This document shows, piece after piece, positions 36,945 through 44,478 of a stretch of 64,000 nucleotides of DNA. The translations under genes and the position numbers were made by a program. Origin of the DNA: an uncultured Gammaproteobacteria bacterium (GTDB taxonomy: Bacteria > Patescibacteriota > Microgenomatia > Woykebacterales > RBG-16-39-9b); assembly GCA_964360785.1 (NCBI GenBank), contig CAYHXX010000001.1, positions 138,549 through 202,548 on the forward strand, in the 5' to 3' direction. Position 1 is the stretch's first letter. The number at the start of each line of letters is the position of its first letter. The notes below the pieces were generated by a model. The model saw only the letters and a list, made by a program, of their open reading frames with translations. It was not told where the DNA came from and ran no database searches.

Positions 36945-37150
36945 GCGCCTGTAGCTCAGTGAAGCAGGTGCTTCGCACCCAACGATATGAATCGCAGAGC
37001 ACTAAATATGCGCCCATGGCTCAGTGGATAGAGCGCGTGGCTTCGGACCACGAGGTCGGGGGTTCGAATCCCTCTGGGCGCGCCATTTTGAGTTCGGTCC
37101 GCCAGCTGGCGGATTGAGTGCGGAGCACTTGCGTCCCTCCAGGCGCGCCA
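36945..37150 (+). pseudogene. Ghost tRNA-Arg shell enclosing intact tRNA-Arg(TCG)
   Basis: GCGCCTG-TAGCTCAGTG[insert]AGAGCAC-(intact tRNA)-GAGTTCG[insert]TCCCTC-CAGGCGC-GCCA; perfect 7-bp outer acceptor stem. Confidence 0.88.
37010..37085 (+). tRNA. tRNA-Arg(TCG)
   Basis: GCGCCCA...CGTGG-CTTCGGA-CCACG...GGTTCGAATCC...TGGGCGC-GCCA. Confidence 0.95.
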
Positions 37151-37156
37151 GTGTAT

Positions 37157-37233
37157 GGGGAAGTTAGCTCAGTTGGTAGAGCACTAGTTTGTGGAACTAG
37201 CTGTCACGGGTTCGAGTCCCGTACTTCCCCCCA
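37157..37233 (+). tRNA. tRNA-His(GTG)
   Basis: G-1 + GGGAAGT...CTAGT-TTGTGGA-ACTAG...ACTTCCC-C-CCA. Confidence 0.95.
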
Positions 37234-37259
37234 TATATTTTTAGCCTCAGATTTATCCA

Positions 37260-37333
37260 TTTTAACTAACAAAAAACTAGCCTTCCAGCTAGTTAATTGT
37301 CCTAAGAAAACCAATCTTATTGATTTGCTTGGG
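37260..37333 (-). repeat. Conserved 3' two-hairpin/terminator element, copy 3
   Basis: Reverse complement CCCAAGCAAATCAA-TAAGA-TTGGTTTTCTTAGG ACAA TT AACTAGC-TGGAAG-GCTAGTTTTTTGTTAGTTAAA, near-identical to 7108-7180. Confidence 0.88.
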
Positions 37334-37422
37334 TTGAGACCGAAGCAAAGGAGTTGAACCCATGCTTCGGCCCTGCTGACGGCGATCTGTTGGAGACAGC
37401 CTTGCGACTCAAACCACCGCTA

Positions 37423-38325
37423 TTATGCAGCTTGCAGGTGACCCTCTTCCGTTTCGAAGCTGATGAACGGGCAGATCTTCCGCTTCTTCGCGACCGCGAA
37501 GTGCGCTGCGACCTTTACCGTTCCCGCCACACCTTTGGCAAACTTCGAGCCTGGAAAGGCGGCGCCAGGGTGGGCTTTGTCCCACTTGTCGAACCTGGCG
37601 CTTCCGAGAAGTGCGGAGGGCACCAGGAACAGAGCAGCGCCGGTGAGAATCAGGAACGCCACCAGGTGGGTATAGGCGAACCACCCAAGGAATGCGAGGA
37701 TCGCTGCTACCATCAATGTAAGGATAGTCCCAGGAACCGCCGCATCATGCTCCCAGCTCCAACGCCTCACGGCCCGACAGATACCGTAGAGCCCGTTCCC
37801 GACAGGTGTCCAGGCTCGCCAAATCATGCGGGTGGTGAACCTAATACCTCGCCAGGTTGGCCGAGCAGCAGCACATATCCCCGCCCAGAGGAACTTGCCC
37901 GCTGGTCTGAGATAAGGGCCAGTCTTTTCCCAGAGGTACTTGCCGATGACCTCCGTCCTCTTTTGGCGTAACACCCAGACGAACCCAAGATCGGCGGCGA
38001 ATGCTGCGGCAACTAGCAGGGCGACAAGGAGTCCCAAGAGGGTCTTGTCTGGCCAGATCATGTAGCTCACGACCGTGATGGCCAAGACGTCCAACTCGAA
38101 GAACACGAGCCAAGGTCTCACCCACCCCCTTAGGGTTGAGGCGTGGATGAACCAACGCCGCGGTGCCCAGAGAAGTAGAACCCGCATGTAGTGGCAAAGG
38201 TTCTCCTGGTAGTGCCAACCGTTGTAGCCCCCCTTGTCCTCCCAGTACTGGTACCAGCGGTAGTGCCAGGAGGACGTGCTGATCTTCAGCTCCCCGCTGA
38301 AAAAGTCAGAAAGAAACTGTGGCAT
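37423..38325 (-). CDS. Hypothetical Trp/Arg-rich membrane protein (GC-rich orphan cassette)
   Basis: AAAGGA RBS; 300 aa, 4 TM; SSWHYRWY..NLCHYMR N-terminus and KKRKICPFISF C-terminus. Confidence 0.7.
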   Translation of the reverse strand: MPQFLSDFFSGELKISTSSWHYRWYQYWEDKGGYNGWHYQENLCHYMRVLLLWAPRRWFIHASTLRGWVRPWLVFFELDVLAITVVSYMIWPDKTLLGLLVALLVAAAFAADLGFVWVLRQKRTEVIGKYLWEKTGPYLRPAGKFLWAGICAAARPTWRGIRFTTRMIWRAWTPVGNGLYGICRAVRRWSWEHDAAVPGTILTLMVAAILAFLGWFAYTHLVAFLILTGAALFLVPSALLGSARFDKWDKAHPGAAFPGSKFAKGVAGTVKVAAHFAVAKKRKICPFISFETEEGHLQAA

Positions 38326-38439
38326 CTCTGTGTCCTTTCTCTACAAGTAGTTGGTAGGTCTCCAAAACTACCCGCCACAAGCTCTCTTATTTAAACAGTA
38401 TTATATCAAAAAGAGGAAAATTATCAAGACTATGGGACT

Positions 38440-38464
38440 TGGCTACCCGGGTAGGATTCGAACC
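38440..38464 (-). pseudogene. Isolated tRNA 3'-end fragment (att-like)
   Basis: GGTTCGAATCCTACCCGGGTAGCCA with no 5' half. Confidence 0.7.
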
Positions 38465-38602
38465 AGGATCTTGAAGAAACGAAAAAACTTTATTTCGATA
38501 TAAATAGTGGGCTATAATTGATATTCTTGAGATCTTGGTAAAGATTATTTAAACTAACCAGGAGGGGTTCGAGCTCAAGGTCGAGACCCCACCATTTACT
38601 TA

Positions 38603-38629
38603 TTAGCAGTCTCTTGACATAGTTGCTAA
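38603..38629 (+). promoter_or_regulatory. CIRCE-like (HrcA) operator overlapping the lon promoter
   Basis: TTAGCAGTC-N9-AGTTGCTAA versus consensus TTAGCACTC-N9-GAGTGCTAA; TTGACA inside the spacer, TATGAT at 38638. Confidence 0.75.
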
Positions 38630-38676
38630 TCATAGTCTATGATGCACACTCAAATAATAGCTAAACAAGGAGTCAA

Positions 38677-41043
38677 ATGGATCAAAAAATCTTACCTCTC
38701 ATAGCAGTTCGAGACCTAGTAGTCTTTCCCGGTAGTGTGATTCCTATTTCAATAAAAAGAGACTCCTCAATTGCAGCTTTGGAAGAAGCACTTGCGGCCG
38801 ATAAAAAGGTTTTCTTGTCGATGCAGAAAAACAAAGACCAAGACTCTCCTATCCCAGAAGATCTCTATCTAGTCGGTACAATCGCTCATATTGACCAGAT
38901 CCAAAGATTGCCAGATGGTATCATCAATGTGTTGGTAACCGGTGAAGAAAAAGCAAAAGTAAAGGCTTTTGTTCAAGAGACACCTTCCTTCCGAGTTGAA
39001 ACCGAAACAATTGAGGAAAATCTTTATAACAAGGAAGAATTTTCTTCACTTACAAAACCACTCCTAGAACAATTTCGCAAACTTGTGACTCTCGGTAAGC
39101 CCGTACCACTTGATATCCTTCCGAGCTTAACCAACCTAACCTCCCCGATCAACTTGCTGGACATAATTATTGCCAATATTGACCTCAAAGCAAAAGAAAA
39201 GCAGCAACTTCTCGAGGAGAACGATCTCAAAAAAAGGATCAAGCAGGTAGCAACTTTTCTTTCTGGCGAGCTTTCTGTCATGTCGACTGCTAGAAAAATC
39301 CAAGACCAAACTGCTGAAGAGATTGGAAAAAATGCAAAAGAAGCATTTTTGCGGGAACAACTAAGAACAATAGAAAAAGAACTCGGCGTTAAAGAAGAAA
39401 AAGAAGAGTACGCAGAACTTGAAAAGAAGATTAAAGCCGCAGACATGCCTGAAGAAGTTGAAACAAAGGCCGTGAAAGAACTTGATCGACTTAAGAGAGT
39501 CCCAGCATTTTCTCCCGAGGTTTCTTATATCCGAACATATCTTGATCTTTTGGTTGAATTACCCTGGTCAAAGAAGACCGAAAGTAAAATTGACGTTAAA
39601 GCAGCTGAAAAGATACTCAACGAAGACCACTACGGACTAAAGAAAGTAAAAGAAAGAATTCTTGAATATCTGGCTGTGAAGAAACTTACAGGCAAAATTC
39701 GCGGACCAATTCTTTGTTTTGCTGGCCCTCCGGGAGTCGGTAAAACTTCAATCGGGCGCTCGATTGCCCGAGCCATGAACCGTAAATTTGTCAAGGTTTC
39801 TCTCGGTGGCATTCGTGATGAAGCCGAAATTCGCGGACACCGACGTACCTATGTCGGTGCTTTACCTGGTAGGATAATCCAAGGTGTTAAGGACGCAGAA
39901 ACAAACAACCCAGTTTTTATGCTCGACGAGATCGACAAGATGGGTTTTGATTTCCGTGGAGACCCATCCGCAGCTTTGCTTGAAGCATTAGATCCTGAAC
40001 AAAACAAGGATTTCAGCGATCACTATTTAGAAGTTCCATTTGACCTTTCAGATGTAGTTTTCATAACTACTGCAAACAATCTTGAAAACATACCACCCGC
40101 ACTTCGAGACCGAATGGAAGTCATTGACTTCCCTGGTTATACTGAGGAAGAAAAATTACACATCGCTAAGGATTTTCTAATACCCAAACAAAACGAAATC
40201 CACGGCCTTACTGAAAAGAAATTGATACTGGAAGATGATGCTTTAAAGAAAATTATAACAAAGTATACTCGTGAAGCTGGAGTACGCAATCTGGAACGCG
40301 AACTTTCAGCAGTCTGCCGAAAGGTCGCCCGTGATATCGCTGAAAATAATACAAAGAAAATTACCGTAACCGATACCACTGTTATAAAGTATCTTGGCCC
40401 TGAGAAGTTTCAACCGTGGAGTGTCGGAAAAGTTGATGAGATCGGAGTTTCTACTGGCCTAGCCTGGACTGAAGCTGGTGGTGAAGTACTCAATATCGAA
40501 ACAGCACTCATGCCAGGTAAGGGCAGCTTGATACTCACTGGACATTTGGGAGATGTGATGAAAGAGTCTGCTCAAGCGGCGCTTTCATTCGTACGTTCAA
40601 AGCTCTCGGAACTTGGAATCAAGGAAAATGTTGCCTCAAAATTTGACATCCACCTTCACGTTCCTTCAGGGGCGATACCAAAAGATGGACCCAGCGCCGG
40701 GACGGCAATGGCAACCTCATTGATGAGTGCTATTGCTAAGATTCCAGCTCGTTTTGATGTAGCAATGACCGGGGAAATCACTTTACTTGGCCGTGTTCTC
40801 GAAATCGGTGGCGTCAAGGAAAAAGTACTTGCAGCCCACCGTGCTGGTATCAAAACGGTTATTCTTCCTAAGAGAAACGAAAAAGACCTGGAGGAACTGC
40901 CAGCTAAAACTCGATCTGACCTGAAATTTGTCTTTGTCGAACATATGGACGAGGTGCTGCGAATTGCACTAAGAAATTATCCAACCAAAGTTGCGAAACC
41001 CTCTGGCAGTGAAACCTTGACACCTACTTTCCCTGCTGCTTAA
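38677..41043 (+). CDS. lon: ATP-dependent Lon protease
   Basis: GPPGVGKTS, DEAEIRGHRRTYVGA, LDEIDK, PKDGPSAG, IGGVKEK. Confidence 0.97.
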   Translation: MDQKILPLIAVRDLVVFPGSVIPISIKRDSSIAALEEALAADKKVFLSMQKNKDQDSPIPEDLYLVGTIAHIDQIQRLPDGIINVLVTGEEKAKVKAFVQETPSFRVETETIEENLYNKEEFSSLTKPLLEQFRKLVTLGKPVPLDILPSLTNLTSPINLLDIIIANIDLKAKEKQQLLEENDLKKRIKQVATFLSGELSVMSTARKIQDQTAEEIGKNAKEAFLREQLRTIEKELGVKEEKEEYAELEKKIKAADMPEEVETKAVKELDRLKRVPAFSPEVSYIRTYLDLLVELPWSKKTESKIDVKAAEKILNEDHYGLKKVKERILEYLAVKKLTGKIRGPILCFAGPPGVGKTSIGRSIARAMNRKFVKVSLGGIRDEAEIRGHRRTYVGALPGRIIQGVKDAETNNPVFMLDEIDKMGFDFRGDPSAALLEALDPEQNKDFSDHYLEVPFDLSDVVFITTANNLENIPPALRDRMEVIDFPGYTEEEKLHIAKDFLIPKQNEIHGLTEKKLILEDDALKKIITKYTREAGVRNLERELSAVCRKVARDIAENNTKKITVTDTTVIKYLGPEKFQPWSVGKVDEIGVSTGLAWTEAGGEVLNIETALMPGKGSLILTGHLGDVMKESAQAALSFVRSKLSELGIKENVASKFDIHLHVPSGAIPKDGPSAGTAMATSLMSAIAKIPARFDVAMTGEITLLGRVLEIGGVKEKVLAAHRAGIKTVILPKRNEKDLEELPAKTRSDLKFVFVEHMDEVLRIALRNYPTKVAKPSGSETLTPTFPAA

Positions 41044-41156
41044 CACCTGATTACTTTAATTGTGATCAGATTTGCTTTCGTATTCCCAAAGTCTTAACTA
41101 ATTATTTCCTTGTTGTTTGAAAATATAGGTTCAAAATGGTAGACTACCACTATTGT

Positions 41157-41232
41157 GGGCCAGTAGCTCAATTGGCAGAGCAATTGCCTCTTAAGCAATC
41201 GGTTGAAGGTTCGAGTCCTTCCTGGCTCACCA
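41157..41232 (+). tRNA. tRNA-Lys(CTT)
   Basis: GGGCCAG...ATTGC-CTCTTAA-GCAAT...GGTTCGAGTCC...CTGGCTC-ACCA. Confidence 0.94.
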
Positions 41233-41234
41233 GA

Positions 41235-41304
41235 TTTAAGTAAGTGGTTCAGGGTTCGCCCTTTTGCGAAGCGAAATGTGCGTTTTGTCCCAGGCCGCTC
41301 ACCA
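41235..41304 (+). pseudogene. Ghost tRNA-Lys 3' half with T-loop insertion
   Basis: TTTAA-GTAAG-TGGTT-CAGGG-TTCG[CCCTTTTGCGAAGCGAAA...]TCCCAG-GCCGCTC-ACCA. Confidence 0.75.
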
Positions 41305-41307
41305 TAT

Positions 41308-41383
41308 GCCCCAGTAGCTCAGTGGATAGAGCAGGACGGTTCTAACGTCAAGGTCGGGGGTTCGAATCCCTCCTGGGGTACCA
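41308..41383 (+). tRNA. tRNA-Arg(TCT)
   Basis: GCCCCAG...GACG-GTTCTAA-CGTC...GGTTCGAATCC...CTGGGGT-ACCA. Confidence 0.92.
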
Positions 41384-41390
41384 TAAGTTT

Positions 41391-42038
41391 ATGAAACTAC
41401 TTTTAACTTCTGGCGGTCTTCGCAATCAAACTCTTATAAATGCTTTGCTCGACTTGGCTAACAAGCCTGCAGAGCAGCTGAAAATTGCTTTCATTCCTAC
41501 TGCACAAAATGTTGAACCAAGAGACAAGTCGTGGCTAATTGATCAATTGGTTAGACTTAAAGATTTAGGTCCAGAACAAATAGATATTGTTGATATCTCT
41601 GCTATCGATAAAAAATTGTGGTTGTCCAAACTTCAGGAAAGTAATGTTATTTTTGTAAACGGCGGCAATACTACTTACCTAATGGATTGTTTCAATAAAT
41701 TTGGTTTTTCAGAAGAGATAAAAGAACTTTTAACAACAAGAGTTTACGTGGGTGTAAGTGCCGGAAGTTATGTGGCCACTCCTGATATCCGCTTTAATAG
41801 TGATTACGAAAAAGGCGTATTTAAGGGCTTGGGTCTAGTAGACTTTGGTTTACAAGTACACTACAAAAACCCAAAGTTCCCATTAGCAGCAAATTATGAG
41901 TTAGTTGCCAAAAGAGTTAAAGGCTGCCCTTACAGGGTCTACGTCTTGGACGATCAAATGGCTATCAAGGTAAATGGAGCTAAAATTGAAGTTGTTGGCG
42001 ATGGAGAGTCTGAAGTTTTTGAGCCTGAAACGACTTAA
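41391..42038 (+). CDS. Peptidase S51 (dipeptidase E-like)
   Basis: MKLLLTSGG, AFIPTA, IFVNGGNT, YVGVSAGS, QVHY. Confidence 0.88.
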   Translation: MKLLLTSGGLRNQTLINALLDLANKPAEQLKIAFIPTAQNVEPRDKSWLIDQLVRLKDLGPEQIDIVDISAIDKKLWLSKLQESNVIFVNGGNTTYLMDCFNKFGFSEEIKELLTTRVYVGVSAGSYVATPDIRFNSDYEKGVFKGLGLVDFGLQVHYKNPKFPLAANYELVAKRVKGCPYRVYVLDDQMAIKVNGAKIEVVGDGESEVFEPETT

Positions 42039-43630
42039 ATTATTGGTCTTTTGAGGATCCAGTCTTTAGCGGATTTGAAACGGTCGACTGGTTCATGGAA
42101 TTCGGAGAAATTAATATTCCCGACTCTATTTGAGTATACCCAAGTATAACTTGGATAGTAGAGAAATACTGCAGGCGCTTCGTCCAAAAGGAATTTTGAA
42201 AACTCCTGATATTTTTCTGTCCGAACTTTTTTGTCCAGTGTCTTCCTTGCATCTTCAAGCAACTTATCGAGTTTTGGGGAACTGATCCCTGATACATTTC
42301 CTTCTGAAGCTTGGGTTGTGTGCCAAATCACGTACTGGTCGGGATCGGAATTTAACAGTAGTGTACTAAGAAGCACAGTATAGGTGCGATTCGGAACTAT
42401 CTGATCTCTCAATTCTGAACCAGAAACTGCGGTCACCACTACGTCAATTCCCAGTTTTTCCCAACTTGACTTGATTTTTGTGGCTGTTTCTTCAAACTCA
42501 GGGTCGGCCAATGTGGTAATAGCCATTGAGAGCTGCTTGCCATCTTTAACCCTTTTTCCTTCTTTTAGTTCCCAACCTTCGGAGGTAAGTAATGTGTTTG
42601 CCTTCTCCAGATTATAGGTATATTTCTCTTTAGTTCCAGTCTGTAAAGTTTCCAAAAAAGCATAAGAATTGGCTGCTACTTTCCCCTTCAATCCAGAGGA
42701 ACTTTTGACAATTTCACTTTTATCAATTGCATAGGTGAGAGCCTGGCGGACATTCTTTTCTTTAAGTTGGCTTTCTTTTGTGTTGTAGAACAATGTCAAT
42801 AGACGGTACGGTAAAATTGGAGATTCAACTTTATAGTTCTTCCAATCTTTGATTTCTGAAAGGCTCTCTCTACTAAGAGATACGGCGTGTACTTCCCCAA
42901 GCTTCAAAGCCAAAACCGCGGTTTCCTCTTTAGGATAAAATTGAAATCTCAATCTAATTTTATTGTTCTCCAAGGTAACTTTTTCCTCCTGTATCTGAAT
43001 AAAATGAAAGTCCCCAGTGCCAATCGGTCGATAATCTGTTAGCGGAATATGTTTGGGAATTATTCCCAGTGTCGTAGTGGTCAAGAAAGGAGCAAAAGGC
43101 TCTTTCAATTTGAACAGGACTGTGTAATCATCAATCTTCTTCACTTCAACATCTCGAAAACTATCAGCTGCTACCGAATCATAAAGCTGATTTTGTACTA
43201 TCGAGATTGTATAAACTACATCATCGGCCGAAAACTTCTTACCATCATGCCAGAGTATATCTTTCTTGAGTTTGAAAATGTATTGGGTATTCTCTTTTAT
43301 TTCGATACTCTCAGCCAAATCCGGAACTATTCCCCCATCAGCGGCTACCTTTGTCAATCCACTAAAAACTAAGTTATTGATCTCCTTTTCTGCCTCCATT
43401 CGACTAAACAAAGGGTTAAAAGTTTTTGGATTTCCAACTATTCCCTCATGAAAGATAGGCTTGGCTGTTTTGGAAGCGAGAGTTGATAGAGAACGGCTGA
43501 TTATAGGAGTAAAGAAACTGAACACAAGGATGAGGGATACAAGAATCAGGGCAACAAATCCCAATCGGCGCCACTGTTTCTTGAGAACGGCTGACAAATA
43601 GTGGTAAAAAAATCTTACCTTTTTGGACAT
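42035..43630 (-). CDS. Family 5 peptide ABC substrate-binding protein
   Basis: FNPLF, LVFSGLT, PDLAES, WHDGKKFSADDVVYT, PIGTG, VRQALTYAID, PAVFLY. Confidence 0.9.
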   Translation of the reverse strand: MSKKVRFFYHYLSAVLKKQWRRLGFVALILVSLILVFSFFTPIISRSLSTLASKTAKPIFHEGIVGNPKTFNPLFSRMEAEKEINNLVFSGLTKVAADGGIVPDLAESIEIKENTQYIFKLKKDILWHDGKKFSADDVVYTISIVQNQLYDSVAADSFRDVEVKKIDDYTVLFKLKEPFAPFLTTTTLGIIPKHIPLTDYRPIGTGDFHFIQIQEEKVTLENNKIRLRFQFYPKEETAVLALKLGEVHAVSLSRESLSEIKDWKNYKVESPILPYRLLTLFYNTKESQLKEKNVRQALTYAIDKSEIVKSSSGLKGKVAANSYAFLETLQTGTKEKYTYNLEKANTLLTSEGWELKEGKRVKDGKQLSMAITTLADPEFEETATKIKSSWEKLGIDVVVTAVSGSELRDQIVPNRTYTVLLSTLLLNSDPDQYVIWHTTQASEGNVSGISSPKLDKLLEDARKTLDKKVRTEKYQEFSKFLLDEAPAVFLYYPSYTWVYSNRVGNINFSEFHEPVDRFKSAKDWILKRPII

Positions 43631-43633
43631 AAT

Positions 43634-43855
43634 TTAAGAAACTATGATCGAGTAGAGCGAAATGAGACCAAGCAATACGCCAGAAACGACAGTTGCGTAG
43701 AGCAGTATCTTTTCCACACCACGTCGACTGCGATAAACAACTGCTTCCCCACCAAAAGTACCACCAACCCCACTACCTTTTTGCTGTAGTAAGATAAAAA
43801 TGACTAGAGCGATTGCGACAATTATTTGCAAAACCAGAAGAATATTGTGAATCAT
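43634..43855 (-). CDS. secG: Preprotein translocase subunit SecG
   Basis: ILLQQKGSGVGGTFGG..YRSRRGVEKIL. Confidence 0.92.
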   Translation of the reverse strand: MIHNILLVLQIIVAIALVIFILLQQKGSGVGGTFGGEAVVYRSRRGVEKILLYATVVSGVLLGLISLYSIIVS

Positions 43856-43894
43856 CAAGGGCATATGTTAGCACACGAAAAGGTTTTTCTCAAA

Positions 43895-44296
43895 TCAATG
43901 GAAAATCCACTGAAGAATCGTAGCAATTAGCCCAATAATAAAAGAGGCTAATAAAGCAGAAAAAAGCTGATTGAGATCGGCTGCTGGAATACTGAAACCA
44001 CTCAAGGAATAACCGGAAAAATGAAAGCTGTGGATTTTGAAATCTGCAATCAAATAGCTTACACCATAAAGAATAATTACATTGATAAAGAAACTAAAAA
44101 GACCAAACGTCAGTAGATTGAATGGTAATGACAGAAGCTTTATCACTGGTTTTACGAAAATTGTCAAAGCCGCAAAGACCAAGGCTGCAAACCCCAAGGC
44201 TAGCAATTGGCCATTGTAAGAAAACCCAGGATACAGATAAGCCACAACTAAAAATGCTATTAGAGAAATTACAAAGGACCGGGCATATTTTTTCAT
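43895..44296 (-). CDS. 4-TM phage-holin-like family (DUF360) membrane protein
   Basis: VKPVIKLLSLPFNLLTFGLFSFFIN; start MKKYARS. Confidence 0.85.
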   Translation of the reverse strand: MKKYARSFVISLIAFLVVAYLYPGFSYNGQLLALGFAALVFAALTIFVKPVIKLLSLPFNLLTFGLFSFFINVIILYGVSYLIADFKIHSFHFSGYSLSGFSIPAADLNQLFSALLASFIIGLIATILQWIFH

Positions 44297-44319
44297 TTTC
44301 GAGTCTTCGAGAAAATATC

Positions 44320-44434
44320 GATTGCTTCGCACTCTGCGTAACAAGCCACTTCGAACGCATAAAATTGCATATTAATTTTTCAAAATTTTCTTTAGGTCGA
44401 AGCTTGTCTACAAGCGCAGAGCGCTTTAGCGATC
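44320..44434. repeat. Inverted pair of REP-like elements
   Basis: GATTGCTTCGCACTCTGCGT (44320-44339) and GCGCAGAGCGCTTTAGCGATC (44414-44434); same motif as 8816-8835. Confidence 0.7.
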
Positions 44435-44478
44435 TATATAAACCGACAATTAATTTTACCGATATTAACTTCCAGCTG

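Noticed and set aside
43895-44296. Prophage implied by holin-family gene
   Set aside because: This 4-TM family is common in chromosomes and no phage genes are nearby.
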